Positions 44,918-55,868 of a stretch of 64,000 bases of DNA are shown piece by piece (position 1 is the stretch's first letter; every line of letters starts with the position of its first letter). The position numbers and the translations under genes are program-made. The notes under the pieces were generated by a model, which was not told the DNA's origin, made no database searches, and saw nothing but the letters and a program-made list of their open reading frames with translations. Source of the DNA: Pirellulaceae bacterium (GTDB lineage: Bacteria > Planctomycetota > Planctomycetia > Pirellulales > Pirellulaceae); contig JBGSVE010000007.1 in NCBI GenBank assembly GCA_041753075.1, positions 19,823-83,822 on the forward strand, in the 5' to 3' direction.

Positions 44918-46414
44918 CTACGGCGCGACCATTCCGTGCACTCCGCCGAAACTTTTGACCGTTCGCCCGCGAGCCAACTCGGCTGCGGTTTGGCGACCAG
45001 TGCGGACAATCATCACCCCAGGACGCGATGCGCGGGCTGTCAAATCCACCGCGACAACGTTGTCGCATCGATAAGGACCGGACAGCGGAAACGTTAGATA
45101 CCACTGCGCCTTTACAATCGACTGCGGATCATTTGTCGTTAGCAAACGCGGCGATTCGATCAAGCCCGCGCTCAAGTAAACGGTTTCCGTAGGATCGATT
45201 CGCTCGTTGATCCAGGCGACAGCACCGCGCCAATCTTCGCCGCGTCGTATCAGTTGAAACTTTCCGCTGGACAGCTTTGCCATCGTGCCTTGTTGAAACA
45301 TCAACGTCAACAGAATCGCCAGCGCCATCATGGTTCTTGCCAGTACGCCCGCACCAAGCGGCTGAAGTTCATGGGAATGAACTGACCGCAGTGGCGCGAT
45401 CGCTGCGCCCGCTGTCCAGGCGAGCAGCGGTAGCGCGGCAACAAAGTATCGCCGATGAAAGATCGGTGCGATTTGAAGGTAGGCGATGAGCCAATAGCCA
45501 AGCACGCTGAAGATCGCGACCAGGCCCGGTAGCCAAAACGGACAGACGGCTTTTGTCGCCGCGTCGATTGTCCTCGAGTCAACGCGATGACGCCTTTGCA
45601 GTAGTCGCCATGCAAACGGAATTCCAATCAATGAAAACCACGGCCAAGCCTGCCAGATTTGCATGATCGACCTTGCCGCGCCGAACGATTGCCACTGCGA
45701 CCTGTTCTGCCAAGCCTGGCCCAGCACGCTGGCGATTGGCCACGCTGTCGAGGCGATCAATACAACAAAGAGTACCAAGATCAATCCAGGGCGACCGATC
45801 GCTGGCGAAGCCGTGTGCAACCCGCGACTCCAAGCGAACCGAGCAATCACAAACAAGGCGAGGACGCCCAACGATGTTGGTTGGCACGCGGCGGCAACGG
45901 CAACCGTCACGATCGCGGTCATGTGGTGCCAACGAGTTTGATTGTTCGACATCGTCAAACCGACGGCAACCGCACTGCACAAAATCACAACCGCGTAAGG
46001 ACGCAGTTCGGTGCCGTAGAAAATTGCGTCGGACTCCAGCGCGATGACTGCACCCGCCACCGCACTGGCCAGCGCACTTTGATAAGTTCGATACACGGCG
46101 GCGGACATGACGACGGCGGCGGCGGCGGTCGCCAAAACGCTCGACAATCGCAACACAAGTTCCGAGTCGCCGACGATCAGTCTCCAAATCCAAAGTCCCC
46201 AGAAATAGATTGGCGCTTGGTTGCCAGCGGCGGCGCGCGCGGCGACATGGTCAAACCGGCCCCAGACCGACCATGCCGAATGCAGTTCGTCGAGCCAGAA
46301 ACTTTCGCTGCATGACGGCAACCGCACCGCGATTGCCAACAGCGCGACCAAGCTGGGAATTGCAAACCTTTGCCATCGCCAACCGCGCGAATCGAACCGT
46401 GCTAAATCATCCAC
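44918..46414 (-). CDS. Polytopic membrane glycosyltransferase, GT39/PMT_2 (ArnT-like) family
   Basis: Multiple TM helices. It has the signature FWLDELHSAW, then APIYFWGLWIW...GDSELVLRLSSVL and YGTELRPYAVVIL. The start is uncertain. A GTG at 46412-46414 lies 1 nt after the ltaE stop, and the ORF track extends to 46543, which would overlap ltaE by 128 nt. Confidence 0.6.
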   Translation of the reverse strand: MDDLARFDSRGWRWQRFAIPSLVALLAIAVRLPSCSESFWLDELHSAWSVWGRFDHVAARAAAGNQAPIYFWGLWIWRLIVGDSELVLRLSSVLATAAAAVVMSAAVYRTYQSALASAVAGAVIALESDAIFYGTELRPYAVVILCSAVAVGLTMSNNQTRWHHMTAIVTVAVAAACQPTSLGVLALFVIARFAWSRGLHTASPAIGRPGLILVLFVVLIASTAWPIASVLGQAWQNRSQWQSFGAARSIMQIWQAWPWFSLIGIPFAWRLLQRRHRVDSRTIDAATKAVCPFWLPGLVAIFSVLGYWLIAYLQIAPIFHRRYFVAALPLLAWTAGAAIAPLRSVHSHELQPLGAGVLARTMMALAILLTLMFQQGTMAKLSSGKFQLIRRGEDWRGAVAWINERIDPTETVYLSAGLIESPRLLTTNDPQSIVKAQWYLTFPLSGPYRCDNVVAVDLTARASRPGVMIVRTGRQTAAELARGRTVKSFGGVHGMVAP

Positions 46415-46415
46415 T

Positions 46416-47468
46416 TCAATGCGCGGCCACCGCGTGGGGACTCGGCGACGCGGCGCGGCGCAAGATTTCACAGGCTTGGTCGATATCGCTTCGCGACACA
46501 TCAAGATGAGTGACCAAGCGAATGGATTGCGGCGAGATCGCAAAGCAATTCAGTCCCGCCGCGTAAAATTGCTTTACGAACTGCACTGCCGTGCCCCATC
46601 GAGCGTCAATCGCGATGGCGACGATGTTGGTGTCGATCGCATCGCCAATCACGGACAACGATTCGCACTGGCCCACCGCGGTGCCGAGCAATTGGGCGTG
46701 AGCATGATCTTCGACAAGCCGATCGCGATGGTGCGTCATTGCGAACAGTGCGCCCGCGGCGATCATGCCTGATTGACGCATCGCACCGCCAAACAATTTT
46801 CGCGTCCGCCGCGCCTCGTTGATGAATTCATGCGACCCGGCCAGAGCGGACCCGACCGGTGCACCGAGACCCTTGCTAAAACAAACGCTAACGGAATCAA
46901 ACGGTTCGCTTAGCTCGCTTTCCGGTACGCCCAGTGCAGCCGCCGCATTCCACAACCGCGCCCCGTCCAGGTGTGTGTTCAGTCCATTGGCATGTGCCCA
47001 ATCGCAAATCTCGCTGGTGATTACGGTGGGTTGAATACGGCCGCCGGCGCGATTGTGTGTGTTTTCCAAACAGACTAATCGCGTTCGCACCATGTGGTCG
47101 TTTTCGGGGCGAATCAGGTGCTGCAATTGGTCAAGCTGCAGGATTCCATTTTCGCCCATCACTGTTTGCGTCACGATCCCGGACAATTGAGCGAACGCGG
47201 CTTGTTCGTAGTTGAAAATGTGGCAATTTGATTCGCAGATAAATTCGGTGCCGCGGTCGCAATGAATTCGCAGTGCGATTTGATTGGTCATCGAGCCGCT
47301 GGGCATAAAGATTGCGGCTTCTTTGCCAAGCAGCTCGGCCGTGGTGCGTTCCAGCCGATCGGTCGTCGGATCGACATCGATCACCGCGTCGCCCACTTCC
47401 GCTGCGGCAATCGCGCGACGCATCGCCGGGGTTGGTCGAGTGACGGTATCGCTTCGCAAGTCAATCAT
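46416..47468 (-). CDS. ltaE: Low-specificity L-threonine aldolase
   Basis: Start at the ATG at 47466-47468. Motifs are IDLRSDTVTRPT, DDV.. region (VGDAVIDVDPT), FMPSGSMTNQIAL and the PLP-lysine context SVCFSKGLGAPVGS. Confidence 0.85.
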   Translation of the reverse strand: MIDLRSDTVTRPTPAMRRAIAAAEVGDAVIDVDPTTDRLERTTAELLGKEAAIFMPSGSMTNQIALRIHCDRGTEFICESNCHIFNYEQAAFAQLSGIVTQTVMGENGILQLDQLQHLIRPENDHMVRTRLVCLENTHNRAGGRIQPTVITSEICDWAHANGLNTHLDGARLWNAAAALGVPESELSEPFDSVSVCFSKGLGAPVGSALAGSHEFINEARRTRKLFGGAMRQSGMIAAGALFAMTHHRDRLVEDHAHAQLLGTAVGQCESLSVIGDAIDTNIVAIAIDARWGTAVQFVKQFYAAGLNCFAISPQSIRLVTHLDVSRSDIDQACEILRRAASPSPHAVAAH

Positions 47469-47482
47469 TTTGGATTCTCTTT

Positions 47483-48226
47483 TCAAGCGACGGCGTCGGT
47501 CCAATGTTCGTTGACCAAACGCTGCTGGGGTAAAAACCGGGCTTTGTAATTCAGGTGCGAATTCGCGGCGACATACATTCCCAGATATAAGAATTGCCGT
47601 TTCGTCTGAATCGCCAATTCGATCTGCTTGAGGATGGAATAGGTGCCCAGGCCGTAGCGGGCCATTTCAGGGTCGAAGTACGTGTAGACGGCTGACAGCG
47701 ATTGGCGTGCTTGATCGATGATTGAAACCGCAATCAATTGATCTTCGCGATAAAAACTCAATTCAAATGTGTCGCAGCACGATTCGACCAGGAACGCTCG
47801 ATAGCCCTCCTCGTCAACCCAATCTTCGCCGCGGGCCAGGGACCGCTGGCAGCGATGTTGATTGAACAACAACACCCGCTGGGCGTCGCACTGCGGTACA
47901 CCGATATCGGCTCGCAATTCCTGGTCGCCGCGCTTGAGGACGCGTCGAAACGATTTCGTCCAAACAAAATCAGCCACACTGACGCGAGTCGGCTCGCAGG
48001 CCGAGCAACTGGGACACTGTGTGCGGTACACAAAATCACCACTGCGCCGAAACCCGCGGGCCAGCAGATCGTCGGTCGTCGAGCCGCGCAGCCTACCGAC
48101 GGGCAATCGCAACGGCATTCGCGCCGTCATGTCTGGCAAATACGGGCAAACCTGGGGTGCATCTTGGACAATGATCAACCTCGCTTCGACGCTCGGTCTG
48201 GTCGCCGGATCATCAGGGTGCTTCAT
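47483..48226 (-). CDS. bpt: Arginyl/leucyl-tRNA--protein transferase (Bpt/ATE family)
   Basis: 247-aa ORF with CPYLPD, LLARGFRRSG and the Cys cluster YRTQCPSCSACEPTRV. SAVYTYFDP, GLGTYSILKQIE, YLYLGMYV and YKARF follow, all typical of bacterial Bpt. Confidence 0.85.
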   Translation of the reverse strand: MKHPDDPATRPSVEARLIIVQDAPQVCPYLPDMTARMPLRLPVGRLRGSTTDDLLARGFRRSGDFVYRTQCPSCSACEPTRVSVADFVWTKSFRRVLKRGDQELRADIGVPQCDAQRVLLFNQHRCQRSLARGEDWVDEEGYRAFLVESCCDTFELSFYREDQLIAVSIIDQARQSLSAVYTYFDPEMARYGLGTYSILKQIELAIQTKRQFLYLGMYVAANSHLNYKARFLPQQRLVNEHWTDAVA

Positions 48227-48606
48227 CGCTGGTGCCGCGTTGCATCCAAAAGTCTGGTGTCGCTCTCATTAGCCGTTGTGCGTTAGCCCCAATTATTGCC
48301 GAGAGAACTATGGCCAAGGTCAAAACAGCTACTAAAATTGTATCTAAACTGGTTATCGCCGCCTACAGTTCGACGGGCGGCGTGCGAGCGATCTCGCCAA
48401 AGCCGTTGCCACTGAGCCAGTTATTGATTCGACGTTCCAAAGACCACTCAATTCCGTAAAAATTGGTAAAAAGTAGCGATTGGGTTGCTTGTAGCTAGTG
48501 CCTCTCGTTGATTAGTATGCTGTCGTCTGTTCTCAATCGTTGGTTAGTTACACCTTATTCTTTTTTCGCAGCGTCCTTTCTGCGGCGGATCGTTATCTTG
48601 AAAACA

Positions 48607-51600
48607 ATGCGTTTCGCCCTAGCGCTGGCCTTCTTGTCTGCCCAAATCGCCCAGCCACTTTTGGCCGTGGATTATTACTGGGAGCCGGTGCCGAGTTCAG
48701 GTAACGGCGACGACGTGCTCGATGGCGGCGGCGGCACCTGGAACACAACGACCGCAAATTTCACCACCAGCCCCACCGATTCGTCCGCAACGACGCACAA
48801 CGTTTGGAGTTCGGTACTCAACGGTGCGGGAACCGACACATTGATTTTCGGTGGTGCGGCCGGCGGTACCGTGACATTAAACACATTCGCCAGCGGCGCT
48901 CAGATTTCTAACAGCACGACGACCGCTGTGAATAATTTGACCTTTAACACCGATGGCTACACACTCTCAGGCTCAGGCACGCTGCGGTTCGTCAACAACG
49001 GCGCCATCGGCGGTTCGATCACGGTCGGCAGCGGCTTGACTGCGACCATTTCCAACGGGATTCAAGGCAGCAACAGCGGTGCACTTGTGACTGGCGCAGG
49101 CAGCGGCCAAGTCGACAACAACGTTGAAATCAACGGCGGTGGCACACTGCGGCTAAGCGGCAATAACGGTTCGATTGGCTTTACCATTGACGGCAATACG
49201 ACGGTCGAAGTCTTCGGTGGCACATTCAGCGGTTTCAACGACAACACCATTAACGCGGGCAGCACGCTGCGTGTGGTTGGCAATAATCGTTTGTCCCAAC
49301 CATCGACGTTCAGCGGTGGTGGTTTGCTCGATCTAAATGGAACCGCGCAAACGATTTCAACCATCGGCGGCGCTTTGTCCGTGAACAATTCAACATCAAC
49401 TGCCAGCAACGTATTCAACTTGTCGGTGAACCGCACGAGCTTGGTCCACACAGGCAATATCTCGAACGGTGCCGGGAAGCTGTCGCTGGCGACAATCGGA
49501 ATTTTGCAACAAGGCAACAACTTCAACAACAGTTCGTCATTTGCTCAGCAAACGTTCGCCGGTGCGAACACCTACACAGGCAGCACGACGCACAGTCGCG
49601 GCACAATCGAGTTGAATTTTGCCAACGCGGCGTCGCCCTCCGAAAATATCCTCTACAACGCTGGCTTTGTCGGCAACGATCCCAACGCCGACGATGGCGT
49701 GCTGTTCTTCCGGCGCTCTAACCAATCGATCGATGGTGCCAACGAAGCTTCCGACGGATCACTCGCCACGTTGCGACTAGTTGGTAGTGCCACGCAGGCC
49801 AACAGTCAAACTTTCAATGGCACGATTCTCGAAGCAAATTCAGCGGCCAGCATCATTCTGTTGCCAAACACGACGACGCCACAAGCTTTGACGCTTGATC
49901 TCGGAGCCCTGGATCGTGACAGCGGCAGTGTGATCAATTTTGGCACCACCAATATCACTACGGTGCTCGATGCGAATTCAATTGTCCGCACCAGCACAGG
50001 CACCGCCAGCTCGCTGTTGACCGACATCAATGGCGTTGCCTACGCGACGATTGGCGGAACGGACTGGGCGGCCAAGAATGCGGCCAACGACACGATCGTT
50101 GCCGCCACCTACACCAATTCGACGACAACGGGATTCACGACGGGGGCAAATATCACGACCATCGCTGCGGGCGGTGCCGCCAACGACATCAAGCTGTCGG
50201 CAAACACGTCTATCGCGTCATTGCGATACAGCAGTACCGCGCGAACGGGAATTGAACTTAGCGGTACCACCCTAACCACCGGTGGTATTCTGGTTTCACC
50301 AATCAACAACAGCTCTGGATCGTTTCTTAGCGGTGGATCAGTGACGACGCCCGGTGCGGACCTGACCGTGGTTCACTACCGTGGTAGCAACAGCCGCTGG
50401 TTTGGACTCGATGCCGTCGTCGCCAATGGTGCCAACGGTGCGATCGGGTTGACCAAATCCGGTAACGGCACCACACAACTCCTGGCCAACAATACGTTCA
50501 GCGGTGCGCTTAACGTTCACGAAGGCGGCTTGATCATCACCGGCACCAACGACAATGTTTCGGCTGTTTTCGTTAATGGTAGTCAATCCAACGCAATGGG
50601 CAGCCAGTTGCCTGGTCAAAACACCAACGGCTCCTACATCCAACTGGGTAATTCCAATGCCTCGGGATCACTGGGGTCGGCCGAAATCAACCTCGGCGTG
50701 CAGGCGTTGCTCGCGGTCAAACGCAGTGACGATTTCACACTCACTAATAATGTCTCGGGCCTTGGCGGTCTAACCCAAGGCGGCACCGGCACCACGACTC
50801 TTTTGGCCGATGCCAGTTTCCGCTATCGCTACGCCGGTGATACGACGGTGACAGCGGGCACACTCAAGCTCGATTACGCCGCCTCGAACAATAGTATCAT
50901 CAGCAACAACTCGCGAATCGTCTTGGGCGGCGGAACGCTCGAGTACGCCGGTGTAGCCGGTACGACTCACGCCGAAGTCTTCCGCGAAGCATTGCTTATC
51001 TCCGGTGGTTCGACTCTGACCAAGACCGGCGGCGAAGTGGCGGGACGCTTCCGCTTGAACACATTCAACGGCAACAACGCCGGCGCGACGCTCAATATCA
51101 TGGGTGACAGTATCGCCGACTCCGATTCGAATGTCACAAACGGAATTCTGACCGGGCAAGCTCGCATCACTGTTACCAATGGAAGCAACGTCGATTGGGC
51201 TACCAAAGTCAATGGTGGCGACACGGTCATCACCGGCACAACCGCCTACACTGCCGCCGCGACTTCAGGAACCAACACGCTGCAGTCGCGAGTCCAAAAC
51301 GCTTCACTTGCTTTGACTGCGAACACGACTACCAACACGTTAAAAATCGAAAATACAAGCGGGAATCTGCAGACTGTCAACAACGACACGTTCCAGCACA
51401 CGCTGACCGCTGGCGGACTACTTGTCACCGGTATCGACGCGGTGGAAATCAATGGTGGTACGTTGCGAAGCAATACGACGACTAACTCCGACCTCATTAT
51501 CCACCAATACAACAGCGGTGGCTTGACCATCAACTCGACGATCGTCAACGGTGCCGGGGCCAGTACACTGACGAAAAGCGGCAGCGGCGATTTGACGCTC

Positions 51601-54024
51601 ACGGGAACGAACACGTACACCGGCCAGACCTATCTCAACGGCGGTGTCACGACGATCGCTGCCAATGCCAACCTCGGTGCTGAAGCAAGCGGCCAGACGT
51701 TGAACTTAAATAATGCAACGCTGCGTGTGACCAGCAACGTCGGACTATTCAACGGTGCGGTCGGCACCAACAATCGTGCGATCAATTTGAACGGTGCAGG
51801 CGGCACATTTGACGTTGGTGCCGGAGCGACTTTGACGACGGCTGGTACGATCGCTGGTCCTGGTGAACTAACTAAAATTGGCACAGGTACGTTGCAGGTG
51901 CGAACTGCTACTTACACAGGGCCCACGAATGTAAATGCGGGCGTGTTGCAATACGGTTCCGCAGGTAACCCACTCTATTCCGCCATCAAGATTGGCTCTG
52001 CGGGAACGGTCGATCTGAACAACTTCGGTAACACGATCGGATCTCTGGAAGGTACTGGCGTCATCACTAATGCCGGGGCGACCATAGTCACTCTGACGAC
52101 CGGTGCATTGCACAGCGATACAACCTTCTCCGGCCAAATTTCCGGGGCGTTAAACCTTACGAAGGACGGTGCTGGAGTCCAAACATTAACCGACAACGGC
52201 CACACTTACACAGGCAGCACAACCATCGGTGGTGGTGTGCTCGCACTTACCGGTGCCGGTGCCTTGCCGATCGGCTCCGCCGTGAACGTCTCCAGCGCCG
52301 CCGCGACGTTTGACATCTCCGGTGTCACCGCAACCAGTTCATCGATCCGTTCACTCGCTGGCGTAAACGCGTCATCGGTTGTGCTCGGTGACAAGGAATT
52401 GATTCTGGCCGGCAGCGGCAACACCAATTTCGCTGGCGTCATCAGCGGTATCGGCTCGGTTACGATCAATCGCACCACTTCGGGCGTGCAGACATTTAGT
52501 GGTGCGAACACCTACGACGGTGTGACCAACATCAACACCGGAGTTTTGTCCGTCACCAACAATTCAGGCTTGGGTAGTACCGCTGGAAACACCATCATTA
52601 ACTTCAACGCCGGCACGACGACGGGCGGTCGGTTGGAACTTAGCAACAATGTGACGATCGGTGAAAATATTCTGATCCAAGGCACCGGTGATGCCTCACC
52701 ATTTGGACGCGCAATCTCTGCCAGCGCCGGCAATAACACGATCAACGGCGTGGTCACCTTGAACAGCACCCAGAATTATCGCTTTGGTGCCGCGGGGGCA
52801 GGCACGGTCTTAAATCTCGGCTTGGTCCAACGAAGCACTGCCTCGGGCGGTACGATTACCGCTGACGTGTCCGCTGGTGCGACGATGATGATCAACCAAG
52901 CGATCGACAACAACGGTGGCCAATTGACTGTTCATGGCGGCGGCGGGACGCTCGTCTTGACCGCAGCGAACAACGATGTCGGCAATGTTGTCGTGCAGAA
53001 CTTCAGCACTCTTCAAACGACAGTTAGCGATTCGCTTGCCGCAAATCGCAACTTGCAAATTGGCAACGGTGTCGGTAACACGAGCACCGGCAATGGCAAT
53101 GACGTCGGCACGTATGTGTGCGACGGCGCGACACAGACGGTCAACGCACTGATCGGCGTTGCAAACGGTGGCACCATGCCAAACAATGCCACGCCAAGCT
53201 CCAGTCGCCGCATCACCAGCACGACCGCCATCGCCAAGACGCTGACCATCGGTAACGGCAACGGTTCGAGTACCTTCGACGGCGTGATCGAAGACGGTGT
53301 CGGTGCCGGTCCGCTTTCGATCGTCAAAGTCGGTACCGGTACTCAACGATTGCTAGGTCCCAGCACCTACACCGGCACTACAACGATCGTTGCCGGCAAC
53401 CTAGCCGTCAACAATACCGTCGGCAGCGGCACGGGAACCGGTGCGGTCACAGTCCAGTCCGGCGGGATTCTTTCAGGCAGCGGTTTCCTTGGTGGCGATG
53501 TTACGTTCCAAAATGGCGGCTCGCACAATCCCGGCAACAGCCCCGGCGTGCAAACGTTCGCCAGCAACGTCAACTACGACGGCGGGTCAGTTTTCAATTG
53601 GGAACTAACTGGCAACACCGAAGCCGGTCGTGGCGTCAGCTTTGACGGCGTCGATCTGACGACCGGCGTCTTGAACATCAACTCCGGTGCCATCTCGAAC
53701 CTCAGCTTTAACAGTGCCGGCTCAAACGTGTTGTTCGCTGATTCATTCTGGGATGACAATCGCCAATGGTTGGTGTTCGACAATGTCGCTGCCCCATCGC
53801 CAACCGTGTTTGGAACGCTCAACGTCGGATTGGATAGCGGCGGCAACGCTCTCTTGGCAACGCGCGGTGCGTTTGCTTGGACCCTGAATTCCAACGACGT
53901 CTTCCTCAGCTACACCGCCGTTGCAGTGCCCGAACCCGCAACCTGCGGATTGTTAGCACTGCTATCGGCAGGCGTCATCGCTCGCCGTCGCCGCAAACAA
54001 CGAGTTTTACGAACCCCGGCTTAA
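48607..54024 (+). CDS. Giant autotransporter-associated beta-strand-repeat protein with a C-terminal PEP-CTERM anchor
   Basis: Start inferred at Met34 of the tracked ORF (48508-54024), which gives a signal peptide MRFALALAFLSAQIAQPLLA. Dozens of G.GTL.L.G.NTYTG.T.I..G.L units are present. The C-terminus is VPEPATCGLLALLSAGVIARRRRKQ. Confidence 0.85.
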   Translation: MRFALALAFLSAQIAQPLLAVDYYWEPVPSSGNGDDVLDGGGGTWNTTTANFTTSPTDSSATTHNVWSSVLNGAGTDTLIFGGAAGGTVTLNTFASGAQISNSTTTAVNNLTFNTDGYTLSGSGTLRFVNNGAIGGSITVGSGLTATISNGIQGSNSGALVTGAGSGQVDNNVEINGGGTLRLSGNNGSIGFTIDGNTTVEVFGGTFSGFNDNTINAGSTLRVVGNNRLSQPSTFSGGGLLDLNGTAQTISTIGGALSVNNSTSTASNVFNLSVNRTSLVHTGNISNGAGKLSLATIGILQQGNNFNNSSSFAQQTFAGANTYTGSTTHSRGTIELNFANAASPSENILYNAGFVGNDPNADDGVLFFRRSNQSIDGANEASDGSLATLRLVGSATQANSQTFNGTILEANSAASIILLPNTTTPQALTLDLGALDRDSGSVINFGTTNITTVLDANSIVRTSTGTASSLLTDINGVAYATIGGTDWAAKNAANDTIVAATYTNSTTTGFTTGANITTIAAGGAANDIKLSANTSIASLRYSSTARTGIELSGTTLTTGGILVSPINNSSGSFLSGGSVTTPGADLTVVHYRGSNSRWFGLDAVVANGANGAIGLTKSGNGTTQLLANNTFSGALNVHEGGLIITGTNDNVSAVFVNGSQSNAMGSQLPGQNTNGSYIQLGNSNASGSLGSAEINLGVQALLAVKRSDDFTLTNNVSGLGGLTQGGTGTTTLLADASFRYRYAGDTTVTAGTLKLDYAASNNSIISNNSRIVLGGGTLEYAGVAGTTHAEVFREALLISGGSTLTKTGGEVAGRFRLNTFNGNNAGATLNIMGDSIADSDSNVTNGILTGQARITVTNGSNVDWATKVNGGDTVITGTTAYTAAATSGTNTLQSRVQNASLALTANTTTNTLKIENTSGNLQTVNNDTFQHTLTAGGLLVTGIDAVEINGGTLRSNTTTNSDLIIHQYNSGGLTINSTIVNGAGASTLTKSGSGDLTLTGTNTYTGQTYLNGGVTTIAANANLGAEASGQTLNLNNATLRVTSNVGLFNGAVGTNNRAINLNGAGGTFDVGAGATLTTAGTIAGPGELTKIGTGTLQVRTATYTGPTNVNAGVLQYGSAGNPLYSAIKIGSAGTVDLNNFGNTIGSLEGTGVITNAGATIVTLTTGALHSDTTFSGQISGALNLTKDGAGVQTLTDNGHTYTGSTTIGGGVLALTGAGALPIGSAVNVSSAAATFDISGVTATSSSIRSLAGVNASSVVLGDKELILAGSGNTNFAGVISGIGSVTINRTTSGVQTFSGANTYDGVTNINTGVLSVTNNSGLGSTAGNTIINFNAGTTTGGRLELSNNVTIGENILIQGTGDASPFGRAISASAGNNTINGVVTLNSTQNYRFGAAGAGTVLNLGLVQRSTASGGTITADVSAGATMMINQAIDNNGGQLTVHGGGGTLVLTAANNDVGNVVVQNFSTLQTTVSDSLAANRNLQIGNGVGNTSTGNGNDVGTYVCDGATQTVNALIGVANGGTMPNNATPSSSRRITSTTAIAKTLTIGNGNGSSTFDGVIEDGVGAGPLSIVKVGTGTQRLLGPSTYTGTTTIVAGNLAVNNTVGSGTGTGAVTVQSGGILSGSGFLGGDVTFQNGGSHNPGNSPGVQTFASNVNYDGGSVFNWELTGNTEAGRGVSFDGVDLTTGVLNINSGAISNLSFNSAGSNVLFADSFWDDNRQWLVFDNVAAPSPTVFGTLNVGLDSGGNALLATRGAFAWTLNSNDVFLSYTAVAVPEPATCGLLALLSAGVIARRRRKQRVLRTPA

Positions 54025-54055
54025 GCCAACCGTTCTTCATATTAGCGACAATCCC

Positions 54056-55729
54056 CTAACCCCTTGCCTCGATCTTGCCCCATGTATCCCTCAGCGGCAC
54101 GATGCGATTGAACACCGGTTGGCATGGTTGGCTATCGCGATCGACGCTGTAATACCCCAGTCGCTCGAACTGCACTCGGTCACCCACGGTAACTGCCGCC
54201 AAACTCGGCTCGGCCTTCGCAGTGACAACCTGCAGTGACTGCGAATTCATGAAATCCAAAAACGTTTTTCCCGCCTCGGCGGACTCCGGGTTCTCGACCG
54301 TAAACAACCGATCGTACAAACGCACCTCGATAGTTGCGGCATGTGGCTCGCTGACCCAGTGAATCGTGCCTTTGACTTTGCGTCCCGAATTGTCTTCACC
54401 GCTTTTTGTCGCGGGATCATACGTGCAAAGAATTTCTACCACATTACCTTCGGCATCCTTCACCACGTCATGGCAATCGACGATGTAAGCCGCTCGCAAT
54501 CGCACCGCGCCACCTTTCTTCAGCCGAAAGAATTTGCTTGGTGCGGTTTCGCGAAAGTCTTCTTGCTCAATCAACAACGAACCTGAAAACGGTAATTCGC
54601 GAACACCCGCCGATTCATCTTCGGGGTTATTCGTCGCCGCAACCATTTCGACCACGTCTTTGCCCGCCGCATCCTGGGGCCAATTGGTGATCGTCAATTT
54701 GACCGGATCAAGTACCGCCATCCGGCGCGGTGCAACTTGGTTCAAGTGGTCACGAATCGCATTCTCCAGCCGCACAATTTCAATCGTGCTATTGAATTTC
54801 GCGATACCCACATCGGCAGAAAAGTTCCGCATCGACTCCGGCGTATAACCGCGACGACGCAATCCGCTGATCGTCGGCATGCGTGGATCGTCCCAACCGC
54901 TGACGTGCTTTTCCTTGACCAATTGCAACAACTTGCGTTTGCTCAGCACCATGTAGGTAACGTTCAATCGCGCAAACTCAATTTGGCGTGGTTGATGAAT
55001 CCGCAGGTTTTCGCAGAACCAATTGTAAAGCGGTCGGTGATTCTCGAACTCGAGCGTACAAATCGAAAACGAAATGTTCTCGATCGAATCACTCTGGCCA
55101 TGCGCCCAATCGTACATCGGATAAATACACCACTGGTCGCCGGTCCGGTGGTGATGAGCGCGCAGAATTCGGTACATCACCGGATCGCGCAAGTTCAAAT
55201 TGTCCGACGCCATGTCGATCTTCGCTCGCAGCGTCCGCGCCCCATCGGGGAACTCGCCGGCACGCATCGACCGAAACAATTTTAAATTTTCATCAACCGA
55301 GCGATCACGAAACGGACTGTTTCGTCCCGGCTCGGTCAACGTGCCGCGATACTCGCGCGTTTGGTCGCCATTTAAATCGCAAACATAAGCGTTGCCGTCG
55401 GTGACCAATTTCTCGGCCCATTGGTACAGTTGCTCGAAGTAATCACTCGCGTAATGCAACTCATCCCACTCGAAGCCCAACCAGCGAACGTCGTCCATAA
55501 TCGATTCGACGTATTCGGCTTCTTCCTTGGCCGGATTCGTATCGTCAAAACGCAGATTGCAAGTGCCGCCGTATTTTTGCGCCAGCCCAAAATTCAAGCA
55601 GATGCTTTTCGCATGGCCAATGTGCAGATAACCGTTTGGCTCCGGCGGAAAACGAGTATTGACGGCGTCAAAGCGTCCGGCGGCCAAATCAGCGTCGATC
55701 GCTTGTTCGATAAAATGTGTCATGTTCAA
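54056..55729 (-). CDS. glnS: Glutaminyl-tRNA synthetase
   Basis: 557-aa ORF with the class I HIGH motif ([14 protein letters not shown]), the KMSKS-type motif (MVLSKRKL) and the GlnRS-type C-terminal anticodon-binding beta-barrels. Confidence 0.95.
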   Translation of the reverse strand: MNMTHFIEQAIDADLAAGRFDAVNTRFPPEPNGYLHIGHAKSICLNFGLAQKYGGTCNLRFDDTNPAKEEAEYVESIMDDVRWLGFEWDELHYASDYFEQLYQWAEKLVTDGNAYVCDLNGDQTREYRGTLTEPGRNSPFRDRSVDENLKLFRSMRAGEFPDGARTLRAKIDMASDNLNLRDPVMYRILRAHHHRTGDQWCIYPMYDWAHGQSDSIENISFSICTLEFENHRPLYNWFCENLRIHQPRQIEFARLNVTYMVLSKRKLLQLVKEKHVSGWDDPRMPTISGLRRRGYTPESMRNFSADVGIAKFNSTIEIVRLENAIRDHLNQVAPRRMAVLDPVKLTITNWPQDAAGKDVVEMVAATNNPEDESAGVRELPFSGSLLIEQEDFRETAPSKFFRLKKGGAVRLRAAYIVDCHDVVKDAEGNVVEILCTYDPATKSGEDNSGRKVKGTIHWVSEPHAATIEVRLYDRLFTVENPESAEAGKTFLDFMNSQSLQVVTAKAEPSLAAVTVGDRVQFERLGYYSVDRDSQPCQPVFNRIVPLRDTWGKIEARG

Positions 55730-55868
55730 TCATCAAGGGTCATTGCGGCAGCACTACGCTTCGCCGGTGAATGTCACGTGAGCGTACTTTAGCGAAATTG
55801 CCCCCAACCCGGAACGGCGAGCCCAAGTTCGGCGTTTCCAAATTTGAGAAATGGTTCTATAATTTGCA

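Noticed and set aside
45659-46315. 218-aa plus-strand ORF and 204-aa alternative-frame ORF within the GT39-like gene
   Set aside because: The minus-strand frame chosen shows regular TM helices and the WLDE...RLSS signature. The alternatives are Arg-rich shadow frames.
46415-46543. Upstream extension of the GT39-like ORF into the ltaE gene
   Set aside because: It would overlap the ltaE 3' end by 128 nt. A GTG right after the ltaE stop gives a product that starts just before the first TM helix. The start remains uncertain.
48232-48459. 75-aa ORF (or 49-aa from the ATG at 48310) upstream of the giant beta-strand-repeat gene
   Set aside because: It has no motif, no clear ribosome-binding site and no hydrophobic segment. 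Evidence is insufficient to call a gene.
48607-54024. Highly repetitive region considered as a possible DNA tandem repeat or CRISPR-like array
   Set aside because: The repetition is at the protein-motif level (G.GTL.L.G.NTYTG). The nucleotide sequences and spacing are degenerate, there are no conserved direct repeats with unique spacers, and the long ORF is uninterrupted.
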